From positions 36,084,001-36,148,000 of the forward strand of contig OZ024756.1 in NCBI GenBank assembly GCA_964016885.1: a DNA stretch of 64,000 nt, given 5' to 3'. Positions within the stretch are counted from its first letter, which is position 1. Each line of letters begins with the position of its first letter. The DNA comes from Eledone cirrhosa (taxonomy: Eukaryota). Both the position numbers and the translations under genes were made by a program. The notes beneath the pieces are model-generated. The model was not told the DNA's origin and ran no database searches. It worked only from the letters and a program-made list of their open reading frames with translations. Positions 52,990 through 64,000 of the stretch are shown one piece after another.

Positions 52990-53445
52990 CTCTAGACAGG
53001 ATAAACCCTCCCTCTTCCAACAATGTAGGGGCTACTTACCTCTCCTCACCTAAATGAGACCTCTCCCCTTTCAATAGTTTAGGAGCTACTTATGTCACCT
53101 CACCTAAACAAGACCCTCCCCCATTGTGTAGGAGCTACTTACATCACCTCACCTCAGCAAGACCCTTCTCCCCTCCCTTCAATATTGTAGGGGCTACTTT
53201 AGGTCTCCCCATCTCAACAAGACCTCTCTCCCCTCCCTTCAATATTGTAGGGGCTACTTTAGGTCTCCCCATCTCAACAAGACCTCTCTCTCCCCTCCCC
53301 TCCAATGGTGTAAAGGCTACTTATGTCTCCCCATCTCAACAAGACCCCCTCTCCCCTCCCCTTTAATAGTGTAGGGGCTACTTATGTCTCCCCACCTCAA
53401 CATGACCCCTTTCCTGTCCCCTCCAATTGTCTAAGGACTATTTCA
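52990..53445. repeat. Degenerate ~60-bp tandem repeat preceding an acceptor
   Basis: CCCTTCAATATTGTAGGGGCTACTT...TCTCCCCATCTCAACAAGACC units. Confidence 0.8.
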
Positions 53446-53473
53446 TTGCTGTTGTATTCCTTTCCAATTTCAG

Positions 53474-53576
53474 TTCCGTTGGTTTTGAAGTGTTGTGCTG
53501 AAGTGATTGAGAAACAGGGGATCATAGACGGCATCTATCGCTTATCTGGGATTAATTCAAATATTCAGAAACTCAG
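53474..53576 (+). CDS. ARHGAP32: RhoGAP gene exon with arginine finger
   Basis: TTTCAG|...AG|GTAAGT; VPLVLKCCAEVIEKQGIIDGIYRLSGINSNIQKLR (GIYRLSG). Confidence 0.97.
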
Positions 53577-53649
53577 GTAAGTTTATGTGTAAGTTTGTGT
53601 GTGTGTGTGTGTGTTAGCGTGGAAAATAGATGTTGATGACGATGATGAA

Positions 53650-53775
53650 ATGTATGTTTGCCACAGTCCCAAAATATTGTCCTTTCAACTTGGATTTCAA
53701 CTTAAAAAAGAGGTAGAAATCACACAGAGCTAGATATGAGTGTAGGGAGGATGTGAAGAGAGGGAATGTTTCTTC
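53650..53775 (-). mobile_element. Mariner transposase fragment
   Basis: SYLALCDFYLFFKLKSKLKGQYFGTVANI resembles the mariner YSPDLAP(S/C)DF.LF..LK..L.G..F motif. Confidence 0.7.
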
Positions 53776-53796
53776 ACCGGAAACATATACATATAT

Positions 53797-54095
53797 AGAT
53801 GAGTTGAGAGAAAAACTGTGTATAAGAGGAATAAGTTGTGTGCGGGAGAGAAAACTGCGATGGTATGTGCATGGAGGGTGACCGCTGGGTAAAGAAGTGC
53901 CAAGAAATCCCAGTAGAAGGAAGACGCAGTAGAGGTAGACCACGTAAAACATGGATCGCTGACCTCAGATCGCTGAAACTCACGGAGGAGATGACGAAGG
54001 ACCGTGACAAGTGGAGAGATGCTGTGCTGAATTGGACCCATTCAACCCTTGCAAGCAGGGAAAAGCGGGTGTAAAATGATGATGATGATGATGAT
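53797..54095 (+). mobile_element. RTE-clade LINE 3' fragment with (GAT)n tail
   Basis: WVKKCQEIPVEGRRSRGRPRKTWIADLRSLKLTEEMTKDRDKWRDAV; the 3' end resembles the (GAT)n SINE tails. Confidence 0.85.
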
Positions 54096-54393
54096 ATATG
54101 CATACATTGTGAAGGCGTGTGGCTGATTGGTTAGAGAACTGGATTTGCAATCGTGAGGTTGTGAGTTTGATTCCTAGATCGGGCGATGTGTTATGACCTT
54201 GAGCAAGACACTTTATATCATGTTGCTCCTTCTACCTGGAGTAGTGACTGATAGATAGTATTAGCAGCTGAAAAGACCACCGGAAATTGTTTCCTCGGTC
54301 CAATTTGACGAAAGTCAATTGCCAAATTTATGCATGCATACACGCACACACACACATATATATATATGCATACACATATATACACTTTTATAT

Positions 54394-54447
<54 letters not shown>

Positions 54448-54716
54448 ATTGTAGTTTGCTTGAAGCATTGTTGAATAGGAAACACAAATTTAAATAATTT
54501 TGAAAACCATACAATGCATTAGAAAGAAAATCAAGATTGCTAAGATAACAAAGAATTTTACCTTAGGAAATTTCATAATATATATATATATATACACACA
54601 CACATCCACTCATCTACACATATTCGTGTATATACATATACAGATATATAGACAGACACATTCACACGCATACATACACACATAGTGATATGAGTGTTTC
54701 TTTTATATTTGTGCAG

Positions 54717-54861
54717 ATTGGCGTTTGATGAGGACCGAATGCCAACCCTGACTGATGAGACCTATTTACAAGACATCCACAGCATCAGCTCCCTTCTCAA
54801 GATGTACTTTCGAGAACTTCCAAATCCCTTACTCACATACCAACTCTATGATAAATTTGCT
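54717..54861 (+). CDS. ARHGAP32: RhoGAP gene exon, GAP domain
   Basis: GTGCAG|...|GTAAGC; LAFDEDRMPTLTDETYLQDIHSISSLLKMYFRELPNPLLTYQLYDKFA. Confidence 0.97.
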
Positions 54862-55029
54862 GTAAGCTTTTCTTTTTTTTTTTTCTTCTTCTTCTTCTTC
54901 TTTAGCACTTGGTGCAATTCTGGCATTTCATTTTGTTTACTTACCAAGAGTAGTTGTAACAACATATATATACCCCGTCCCACTACCCCCACCCCATCCA
55001 CACCACCCCTTTCAATGTAAAGTTATGTT

Positions 55030-55291
55030 GGTTCCACAACATCCAGTCCGAATCAAATGAGGTCATGTAGGTGTCATGACAAAAAAACACACAGTCCACG
55101 CTGTAATGTGGCCGTGTAGGCAACACGGTAAAAACCTCCCAGTCCACACTGTAAACGTGGTTGGTGTTAGGAAGGGCATCCAGCCGTAGAAAACCCGCCA
55201 GACAGTCCTATGCGAGCAAGACAACCACTCTTGCCTCAAGTGGGAAAACTCCCGTCCAAACCCATGCAAGCGTGGAAGATGGACGTTAAAC

Positions 55292-55360
<69 letters not shown>

Positions 55361-55528
55361 GTATATATATATATGGTGTTAGGAAGGGGATCCAGCCGTA
55401 GAAAACCTGCCAGATAGTCCTATATGAGCGAGAGACGGTCACCTGACCAATCTTGCCTCAAGTGGGACAATTCCCGTCTAACCCATGCTAGTGTGGAAGA
55501 TAGACTTAAACGATGATGATGATGATGA
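55030..55528 (+). mobile_element. Two tandem (GAT)n-tailed SINE-like elements
   Basis: Reverse-complement homologs of 2765-3450. Confidence 0.75.
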
Positions 55529-55983
55529 TATGTGGCTAATTGGCAGAGTCGTTAGAACATCGGATGAGAATTCTTTATGGTATTTGTTCCGACTCGCTGC
55601 TCTCTCAGTTCAAATCCTGCCGAGGTCAACTTTGCCTTTCATCCTTTCGAGGTGGATAAAACAAGTACCAGTCTAGTACTGGGGTGGATTCTTCCTCTAT
55701 ATCTCTTTCTCATTTCCTCTCTCTCACTTTCTATCTTTCTCTTGAAGAAATCTTCTGTACTCAGACCTGGAGTGGGGTGGGCTCCACCAGGCTTAATTTA
55801 CCCAAGAAATGCTGAATGTCGATACGGTGCCCCTACGACTCTTATCAGGAATTACAGACCATATATACATATATATATATATATACATATATACATATAT
55901 ATATACATATATATATATATTCATTGCTATCTTTGTGTAACATAAGTCATGTGATTTACACTTTTGTTATCTTACCATTTCAG

Positions 55984-56057
55984 AAAGCTGTTCAGGCAGA
56001 AGACAAACTCCATTTGATCCATGATGTTGTTCAGCAGTTGCCCCCACCGCATTACCG
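55984..56057 (+). CDS. ARHGAP32: RhoGAP gene exon, GAP domain
   Basis: TTTCAG|...CG|GTAATT; KAVQAEDKLHLIHDVVQQLPPPHYR. Confidence 0.96.
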
Positions 56058-56320
56058 GTAATTTAACTTCCTTTGCTTCTTGAGTATAGTTTAAAAAAAA
56101 AAAAAAAAAAAAAATTTGAAGGTTGTTAAGCCTAGTGGCTCATCAGTTCAGATTTTATGTTTCATTGATGTTAAGTGGCTGAGAGTACTTAACTTCTCCT
56201 TAGACAGGACACTAGTCTATTATTGTAAGGTTAAAATGTGCCCCATGTTTAGGGATTCTTTGGGCTGGAGCTTATCCCAGCTTCATTGGGCATCGCTGTT
56301 TTTGACAACATTTAGCTGTT

Positions 56321-56498
56321 TTAACCCTTTAGCATTTAAATCGGCCATATCCAACCTCTTTCTGTTCAAACTGGCCATAACTGGCCTCTTATACCAACAT
56401 TAAGGTATTATTCTCAAAATAAATAATATCATCATCAAAATGGGAGATAAAGCTTTTACCACAAAAATACAATAGTAATGTAAATGCTAAAGGGTTAA
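56321..56498. mobile_element. TTAA-flanked piggyBac-type MITE
   Basis: TTAACCCTTTAGCATTTA ... TAAATGCTAAAGGGTTAA. Confidence 0.85.
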
Positions 56499-56730
56499 TG
56501 GCTGTTCTAGCGATGTGGTTTCTCATTTTTATATGTATTCAATATATATATATGTGTCTGTATGTGTGTGTTATTTGAAGGCCATAGCAATGCAAATGAA
56601 TCATTAAATGTTAAAAATATAACAAAATGTTGGGATGTTACCTTTGAGTTATTTAATTGTCGTTATCTTCATCAAAAGAATAATTATGGAAACTAATTCA
56701 GAGCAGGATATCTTGTCATTTTATGCTGGT

Positions 56731-56770
<40 letters not shown>

Positions 56771-56805
56771 TACACTTACACAATGTTTCTTTGTTTCCTC
56801 CTTAG

Positions 56806-56913
56806 AACAACTGAATACCTCATCCGACATCTGGCTCGAGTTGCAGCTTTTGGCACTGAGACAGGAATGCATTCCAAAAATCTTGCCATTGTCTGGGCAC
56901 CGAATCTCCTCAG
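56806..56913 (+). CDS. ARHGAP32: RhoGAP gene exon, GAP domain
   Basis: CCTTAG|...AG|GTTTGG; TTEYLIRHLARVAAFGTETGMHSKNLAIVWAPNLLR. Confidence 0.97.
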
Positions 56914-56964
56914 GTTTGGCAATTTAACTTTTGTTTGTTTGTTTGTTTTTTTACATATATATAT

Positions 56965-57112
56965 ATTCTGGACGTCCAGAATTAGCCGTCGAAACGGCTT
57001 GAGCTCAGCTGTCGGGGTCTTACTGGTTCCTATTACCCACTCTACTACCTCAAGTATTGAGTACTTTGGTGCGTTATGGTCCACCTGGTTCCTTACCACA
57101 TTTCCTTCGTTA
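56965..57112 (+). mobile_element. Hammerhead-element family 4, 5'-truncated inside stem II
   Basis: TTCTGGA-CG-TCCAGAA TTAGCCGTC GAAA CGGC-TTGAGCTCA-GCTG TC GGGGT...CACTCTACTACCTCAAGTATTGAGTAC...tail; (TA)n on both sides. Confidence 0.7.
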
Positions 57113-57736
57113 TATATATATATATATATATTCTTTTTTTTTTTTGTTTTTGCTTATCTTTATTTCTCTGATTTGGTACCAGACTGAGAGTATCCAATCA
57201 ACATGTACATCTATATATGCTGTCCCTCCACTCTGATACTATATATATATAACTTTGATAACTTTTGGCCAGTATTGGCCCAGGCTATGTCTAACTTAAT
57301 AGCACCACTTGGCATGACTTGGACTATATATCATCAACACCGTTTAATGTCCACTTTTTAATGCTAGTATGGGTTAGATGAGTTGTCCTGTTGTGAGACT
57401 AGCCAGATCAGATTACCATGTTTTGCTCACATAGAACAGTTTCTGTCTTTGTTTCTACAGCTGGATGCCCTTCCTAACGACAACCACATTTACAGTATGG
57501 ACTTGGTGCTGTTTGTCATGACACCTACACAACCGCAATTATAGTGTGCGCAGGGTGCTTTTTTCATGACACCTATATGGCCACTTTACTATGTGGGCTG
57601 GGCACTTTTTGTTGTGGCACCAAAACAACCACTTTCCAGTGTGAGGGGAATAGTCAGTAATGAATGTTGTAAAGAGAAATGGAATGAGATGTTTTGGCCA
57701 TGTGTTGAGGAAGGATGAAAATGACTGCATGAGAGA

Positions 57737-57774
<38 letters not shown>

Positions 57775-57971
57775 TACAATAAATTTGATTGTTGTAGGAA
57801 AAATACTTCCCTCCATGACTAGATATTTTTATGCCAGGATATGTGTGCTCTGTGTGTGTGTGTGTATATGTGAAGGTGTAAGGTTATGTATGTGTGTGTG
57901 TGTGGTGTAATTTGCCAGGGAATTGTAGAATTAAATTTGCTACAAAGCATCTCTTTGTATATTTGTTCCAG

Positions 57972-58114
57972 ATCCAAAGAACTTGAACTTGGTGGTGGTG
58001 TAGCAGCATTACAAGGAGTTAGTATTCAAGCTGTGGTCACAGAGTTCCTCATATGTTATGCTGACCTCATCTTTAGTGATAAGATGCCCTCATATTCATC
58101 ACCAGAGCTCAGAC
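57972..58114 (+). CDS. ARHGAP32: RhoGAP gene exon, end of GAP domain
   Basis: TTCCAG|...C|GTAAGT; SKELELGGGVAALQGVSIQAVVTEFLICYADLIFSDKMPSYSSPELR. Confidence 0.96.
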
Positions 58115-58311
58115 GTAAGTTCTCTCATATTCACTTTATCTCTTATCTCAAAGGTTTTGTCTGTTTGCTTATTTAAGCTGAGGGTAGTGTTGCAAGCCAT
58201 GTTACAGACCTAATGCTCATCATAGGGTATTTTTTTAAAAGTAGTGTTTTACAGCTTGATGCCAAAAGTGGGCACTTGGGGGAGTGTTGTTGTTGTTGTT
58301 ATTATTATTAA

Positions 58312-58512
58312 TGGCGGTGGATTGGCAGTATCAGTAGAGGGTCAGACGCCATGCTTTGCCACATAGAGTTACGGTCCTTTATGATCTGAGTTCAAATCCC
58401 GCCGAAGTTAACTTTGCCTTTCATCCTTATGAGGTTGATTTAATCGACTTTCCGCTCCCCCAAAATTGCTGGCCTTGTGCCTATATAAGAAACCATTATT
58501 GTTATTATTATT
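58312..58512 (+). mobile_element. tRNA-derived SINE whose (ATT)n tail abuts the next acceptor
   Basis: GGCGGTGGATTGGCAGTATCAG...GAGTTCAAATCCCGCC...AAACCATTATTGTTATTATTATT then GCAG|. Confidence 0.85.
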
Positions 58513-58516
58513 GCAG

Positions 58517-58706
58517 AATCCCAGAAGAAACCCCGCCCTAAATCCCTGGCAATATCCACACCAACCCGGTTACTTACCCTGGAGGAAGCTCGTGAACGAG
58601 TACTTTCGTCTCACAACGTTCCTAATCAGAAGTATATAGATGTTGGTGGTGGACCTGACAAGTTACCCCCGAAATACCACACAGTTCTAGACTTACCAGG
58701 ATACAA
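58517..58706 (+). CDS. ARHGAP32: RhoGAP gene exon, post-GAP conserved region
   Basis: TTGCAG|...AA|GTAAGT; QSQKKPRPKSLAISTPTRLLTLEEARERVLSSHNVPNQKYIDVGGGPDKLPPKYHTVLDLPGY (RPKSL, LLTLEEA and KYI.VG.GP...KYHTV motifs). Confidence 0.94.
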
Positions 58707-58734
58707 GTAAGTCATCATAAGCATTATTGCCCGC

Positions 58735-58856
<122 letters not shown>

Positions 58857-58861
58857 CACAT

Positions 58862-59070
58862 AGTTTTAATATAGAAGAGATTCTACAGGACTAGAACTGT
58901 TTCATTCTTTAGAAATCATCAGGAATCATCAGGGATTCCTGATGATTTCTAAAGAATGAAACAGTTCTAGTCCTGTAGAATCTCTTCTATATTAAAACTT
59001 TTATACTCTGCAATGTATTGAGTACCTTACTTACTGTGGTTACCTCCGACTCAACCCGGAATAACGTACT
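58862..59070 (+). mobile_element. Fold-back hammerhead element family 3 in (TA)n
   Basis: Perfect inverted arms 58862-58927 and 58934-58999, then TACTCTGCAATGTATTGAGTAC hairpin (59004-59025), tail and (TA)n. Confidence 0.87.
58931..58985 (+). ncRNA. Type I hammerhead ribozyme (GUA cleavage); mirror copy on the minus strand at 58879-58927
   Basis: AGGGATTC CTGATGA TTTC-TAAA-GAAT GAAA CAG-TTCTAGTC-CTG TA GAATCTCT. 8-bp stem I, short stem II, 4-bp stem III; predicted cut after 58977. Confidence 0.85.
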
Positions 59071-59196
59071 ATATATACACATATATATATAGATATCTGA
59101 CATCCTCTTCTCTTCCCTTCTCTCAAGACACCTGTGCTTTGTTGTTTATTGCCTTCTAAGATTATACATCCCTCTCCACCTTGTTTGTGTTTCCAG

Positions 59197-59348
59197 GAAG
59201 AAGTCTCGAGATGCTGGCAGTATGACTACTCTCAATAAACCAAAGAAATCTCCAGTCAGTGGGTGGAAGTCATTCTTCAGTAAATCTCGAACGAGCAGTG
59301 TTAAGCAGAAAGTCCGCAAATCTAGTCTGCAAGGGTCATTGTATGACA
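59197..59348 (+). CDS. ARHGAP32: RhoGAP gene exon
   Basis: TTCCAG|...A|GTAAGT; KKSRDAGSMTTLNKPKKSPVSGWKSFFSKSRTSSVKQKVRKSSLQGSLYD (KKSP..W(K/R)SFF motif). Confidence 0.92.
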
Positions 59349-59456
59349 GTAAGTATGGCTTTGTTGAATAGGAGCTTACCTCCAACACATCTCCCTAGTC
59401 CACACTACAACATCTACCATTGCCAACACAGTTTTTATGATATTAAACTGTTTGTT

Positions 59457-59670
59457 TTAACCCTTTAATGTTTAAACCAGCCAAAACCGGCCTGAATTCT
59501 CTACCTTTTTCTGTTGAAACTGGCTGTAACTGGTCACTCAAACTGATGTTAAGGTATTGTTCTCAAAATAAATACTTTCAAAATCTCATAGATTCGATAT
59601 TATGTGAGGTAAAGCCTTTACCATGAAAATATAATAGTATATATAGAGTAATGTGAATGTAAAGGGTTAA
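59457..59670. mobile_element. TTAA-flanked piggyBac-type MITE
   Basis: TTAACCCTTTA ... TAAAGGGTTAA. Confidence 0.8.
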
Positions 59671-59761
59671 AGTATTTATTTTTATTTATCTAAAAATCTT
59701 CCATCACAGTTTCATGTAAGAACTTTTGTTAAGTTATATTCCAAACACCATATATAGATAG

Positions 59762-60295
59762 ATTTCTTTATTAGCCACAAGGGCGCAACAAGAAAGGGGA
59801 CAATACAAAGACATGCCGGGGATTTTACATACAGTCATGTAAAAAATATAAAAACAAACAATTTCAACAATCGAAATCCCCAATAGGGGGGAAGCGCCAC
59901 AAATGGGTTGTTTAATACCCCGTCGATAGAACAACCCTCAACTCGAGGAGCGTGTTGTGCAAGTGCTCCTTTCTTCCTTTTGCTCTCTTCCTCAACCTAC
60001 AGGCTTATAAACAGAGAAGGCCCAATCACTCGGGCCATTTTCGCTTCATTCACCCACCTTTCAGTAAATTTACTGGGGTGCAGTGCCTCTCTCTCCACCC
60101 TGATTCTCCTTCTAAAGTGATACTTAAAGAAGGGAATGAATTGTTGTCCGGAGAGAAAGGCATCTGTCCTCAGTCCTCTCAACCTCGTCCACCATATAAC
60201 TTCTTTCACCATAGCCACCGTACAGAGGAAAACTGCCTCTCTTTCGTTTTTGAAAGAGTCTGGCGGTTTGATAATGAGAAAGTTATATTGCTAAA
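59762..60295 (-). mobile_element. Tx1/L1-like LINE 3' end (ORF2 C-terminus + 3' UTR)
   Basis: AVFLCTVAMVKEVIWWTRLRGLRTDAFLSGQQFIPFFKYHFRRRIRVEREALHPSKFTERWV; ends in AATAAGAAA-TCTATCTATA; homologous to 23412-24066. Confidence 0.7.
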
Positions 60296-60370
60296 TCCCT
60301 TTAAATTATTTTCAAGATAATTTGGAAATTATAAGTACTGGCTTTCATTAGAAATATGGTACCAAAAGGC

Positions 60371-60599
60371 TAAACCCTTTAGCATTTACATTACTCTATA
60401 TTTACTATTGTATTTTCATGGTAAACACTTTACCTCACAAAATTATCTCACATAATATTGAATTTATGAAATTTTGGTATTATATATTTTGAGAACAATA
60501 CCTTAACATAAGTATGGGCGGCCAGTTATGGCCAGTTTGAACAGAAAGAGGTGAAAGAATTCTGGCCAGATATGGCCGATTTAAATGCTAAAGGGTTAA
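60371..60599. mobile_element. piggyBac-type MITE
   Basis: TAAA-CCCTTTAGCATTTA ... TAAATGCTAAAGGG-TTAA. Confidence 0.82.
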
Positions 60600-60645
60600 G
60601 CTATAAAGACACATTTAGAAGTGCTCACATTTATGAGATTGTACT

Positions 60646-60685
<40 letters not shown>

Positions 60686-60739
60686 CTCTCGCTATATATG
60701 TTGATGATGTCTATGATGATAGTGTTGTTTGTTCTTCAG

Positions 60740-60937
60740 CCGACGGTGTCAGCAGTGTCTGTCCAAGCAAGGCTATCACCGAAGAAGATGTACACAACTG
60801 GAAAAAGAGACGGTTACGTTGTGCCAAAAGTGCTGAGTCATTGCTATCATTATCTAGTCATAAGAACAGTGTTAGCAGTTCAACTAGTAACCCTCGGGGT
60901 TTTACTGACTCTGGCATGGTGGTCAACTTGTACACAG
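60740..60937 (+). CDS. ARHGAP32: RhoGAP gene exon
   Basis: CTTCAG|...G|GTAGGT; TDGVSSVCPSKAITEEDVHNWKKRRLRCAKSAESLLSLSSHKNSVSSSTSNPRGFTDSGMVVNLYT (LR.AKS.ESL motif); 198 nt, phase 1-1. Confidence 0.9.
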
Positions 60938-61171
60938 GTAGGTAGTACCTCATTATCTCCTCCTTACATTAACCCTCTTCTTATTTTTTTGTTGCAGTTT
61001 TTTTTTTTCACGTTTTGTTTCAGTTTTAAAGTAGTGATATAACTTAGCTGTTCAACAAAAAAAGATTGATAAAATAAGTATCAGTCTTAATAAAAAAAAA
61101 ATTAAGTATTGAGGTTAAAAATTAAACAGAAAAGATTCTGTGTTGACATATATTACAAAGATTATTGTTAT

Positions 61172-61535
61172 TATTGGCAGTATCAGTAAAGGGTCGGGCG
61201 CCATGCTTTCCAGTATAGTTACGGCCCTTTATGGTCTGAATTCAAATCCCGCCTATGTTAACTTTGCCTTTCATCCTTATGGGGTTGATAAAATAACGTA
61301 CCAGTCATGCACTGGGTAATTGCTGGCTTTGTGCCAAAAGTAGAAACAATTATTATTACATAGAGTTACGGCCCTTTGCATTCTGAGTTCAAATCCCGCC
61401 GAGGTTAGCTTTACTTTTCATCCTTACGGGGTTGATAAATAAAACAGCAGTAATGCAATGGAGTTGATTTAATTGACTATCCCCTCCCCCCCTAATTGTT
61501 GGCCTTGTGCCAAAAGTAGAAACAATTATTATTAC
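61172..61535 (+). mobile_element. Tandem tRNA-derived SINE copies
   Basis: TTGGCAGTATCAG..., TTCAAATCCCGCC twice, shared 3' GTGCCAAAAGTAGAAACAATTATT. Confidence 0.8.
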
Positions 61536-61633
61536 TACTACTAGTGTTATTAATATTATTATTTTTATATCAAACTCTGCTGCTGTGTGTAGTTGTAGAT
61601 CTGTCCTTCACTGCTCTCCTCTCTGTTCTTTAG

Positions 61634-61807
61634 GTGAAGACCGTAATCGTATTTGGCAACACAAACGTTCGTTGTCATCCGACGCTTCAACTGGACTACG
61701 CCATCATGACTTGCTACCTTTCTATCACAATTCAAACAAAGAAGCAACTTCTACGGCCTCTGCCATTGACTTCAGGACTTTACCACAGCACGATGCCAAC
61801 AATGATG
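61634..61807 (+). CDS. ARHGAP32: RhoGAP gene exon (C-terminal low-conservation region)
   Basis: CTTTAG|...G|GTAAGA; GEDRNRIWQHKRSLSSDASTGLRHHDLLPFYHNSNKEATSTASAIDFRTLPQHDANND; 174 nt, phase 1-1. Confidence 0.82.
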
Positions 61808-62688
61808 GTAAGAGACAGCAGTGGACACTTTTACCTTGTGACATACCACCACCACCACCACATGTTCATACCACCGCCATCTCACACCCGTACCACCACC
61901 TCCACCTCATGTCCATACCAGCACCACCTTCTCATATCCATACCACCACCACCTTCTCGTGTCCTTACTACCACCACCACTGTCAAATCTACGTAGTACG
62001 TCCCACCTCATTGCACGCTCTGAGTTCAAATCCCGCCATGGTCAACTTTGCCTTTCATCCTTTTGAGGTCGATAAAAGAAAGTACCAGTCCAGTACTGGG
62101 GTTGGCTCTTCCTCTAGAAAAAATTGGCTGTGTTCAGATCTGGAGAGGGTTGGGCTCCGCCAGGTTTAAAAGTGCTCTAGACACACCGTAAGACAATGCC
62201 TTTACGACTCCACAAGGAGTTATGGGATCTTTATCCTTACTGTCACATTTATATACCACCACTGTCTCATGTTCAAATGACAATGACCACCACCACCACC
62301 ACCATCTTATGTCCCTACCATCACATGACCATACCATCCTATCATATACCTCTAGTGTAGCTACCATCTATCACCATCATATGTCCATACCATTGTTGCT
62401 AGTTCTAAAAAGGTCTCCTCAGAGGTCTGCAGGATATGTTGGAAATGTGTTAAGATCTCATCACTTCCTTCACAGTTGTATATTTGGCCTCAATCCTAGC
62501 TTAGTTTACTGTGTGGTATCTTAATCATGAAATAACTCTGGCATTGATCTACCTCATCTTTGTAATGATATCTCATGTTTCTAACTCTGTCTGTCTGTCT
62601 GTAGTCTAATCTAATGAGATATACATTGTATATATATATATATATATTCTACTGTAGTGAGATATAGAGTGTGTGTGTGTGTGTGTGA

Positions 62689-62720
<32 letters not shown>

Positions 62721-62752
62721 CTGTGTCTCTCTGGTGTCCACTATAGTGAGAT

Positions 62753-62784
<32 letters not shown>

Positions 62785-62786
<2 letters not shown>

Positions 62787-63027
62787 AGCAAAGAGATATT
62801 TAATTTGCTGGTTTTTCAACAAATTTATTTATAACAGATTCGAAGCACTCTACAGTTTTCTGGAGTATAATATCAAAGATATTAATAAATGGAAACTATA
62901 TTTATGAAACCATATTTATTTTATTATATATTTCAAGGGTACCAATATTTTGGTACCCTTGAAATATATATAATAAAATAAATATGGTTTCATAAATATA
63001 GTTTCCATTTATTAATATCATTGATAT
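62785..63027 (-). mobile_element. Fold-back hammerhead element family 2, folded back within stem II
   Basis: Inverted arms 62870-62945 and 62950-63027 centred on AAGGGTACCAA-TATT-TTGGTACCCTT, followed by GAAA TATATA TA ATAAAA; the hairpin reads TACTCCAGAAAACTGTAGAGTGC on the minus strand (62845-62867). Confidence 0.8.
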
Positions 63028-63547
63028 ATATATATATATATATGTGTGTGTGTCTGTCTATATTCCATTGTCGTGAGATATCCAATGTATGTATAACTAT
63101 ATATATATATATATATATAACTATGTCTTTAGTCCACTCTAGTAAGACATACAATCACCATCATCATCATTTGACTTACATCCGCTTTCCCTACTAGCAA
63201 GGGTTATATATATATATGTGTGTGTCTGTCTATAGTCTACTGTAGTGAGATATACAGTATATATATATATGTGTGCCACCCTTTCATGTCTGGCTGGTTC
63301 CTCTGTCGTTGCAGATCTTACATTTGAGTGGCTGCTGATGCTTCAACTTTAACCTTTTCGGTGACATTTTTTTTTTTTTTTAATATATATAAAGTTTTTA
63401 AAACAAGAATCTCTCCCTCACATCTAACGATTGTATTTCTACTGACGTTTTTGCATCTCCATTTACACCGTTCATTGAAACTCACACAGTATTTTGTTAC
63501 AGTTTAATACACTACTACTACTACCACCACTATTATTACTATTGTTG

Positions 63548-63584
<37 letters not shown>

Positions 63585-63622
63585 ACCCCTTTGTTTTGAA
63601 TATATATATATATAAACATATA

Positions 63623-63814
<192 letters not shown>

Positions 63815-63865
63815 AGGGTGAAAGCAGCGATTCTGTGCTTAAACTTTAATCTGTTATTTAAATAA

Positions 63866-63911
<46 letters not shown>

Positions 63912-64000
63912 ACACATATATATATATAAACACACATATATATATATATAAACATATATATATTTATAAATCTGACACAGACAGATAGACAACAATGTTG

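Overview
Eukaryotic, AT- and microsatellite-rich DNA. The SINE/MITE repertoire suggests an octopus-like cephalopod (inference). The window holds the 5' and central part of one large + strand gene, an ARHGAP32/33 (PX-RICS / CdGAPr)-type PX-SH3-RhoGAP. I could chain 15 well-supported GT-AG exons in consistent phase from 37610 to 61807. The PX exon carries two +1 homopolymer frameshifts, and there are also candidate alternative first exons and a candidate 90-nt GC-donor cassette exon. Almost all ORFs in the supplied track are microsatellite artefacts. The introns and upstream region contain tRNA-derived SINEs, TTAA/piggyBac-type MITEs, RTE, CR1-like, CRE-like, Tx1-like and mariner fragments, and several minisatellites, two of which grew out of LINE coding 3' ends. 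The most notable signal is about a dozen short elements embedded in (TA)n tracts, belonging to at least five sequence-divergent families. They share one architecture: type I hammerhead ribozyme (CUGAUGA...GAAA...NUH), spacer, fold-back breakpoint, conserved ACTC...GAGTRC hairpin, then a tail. They most resemble non-autonomous Penelope-like pLTR or retrozyme-type elements.
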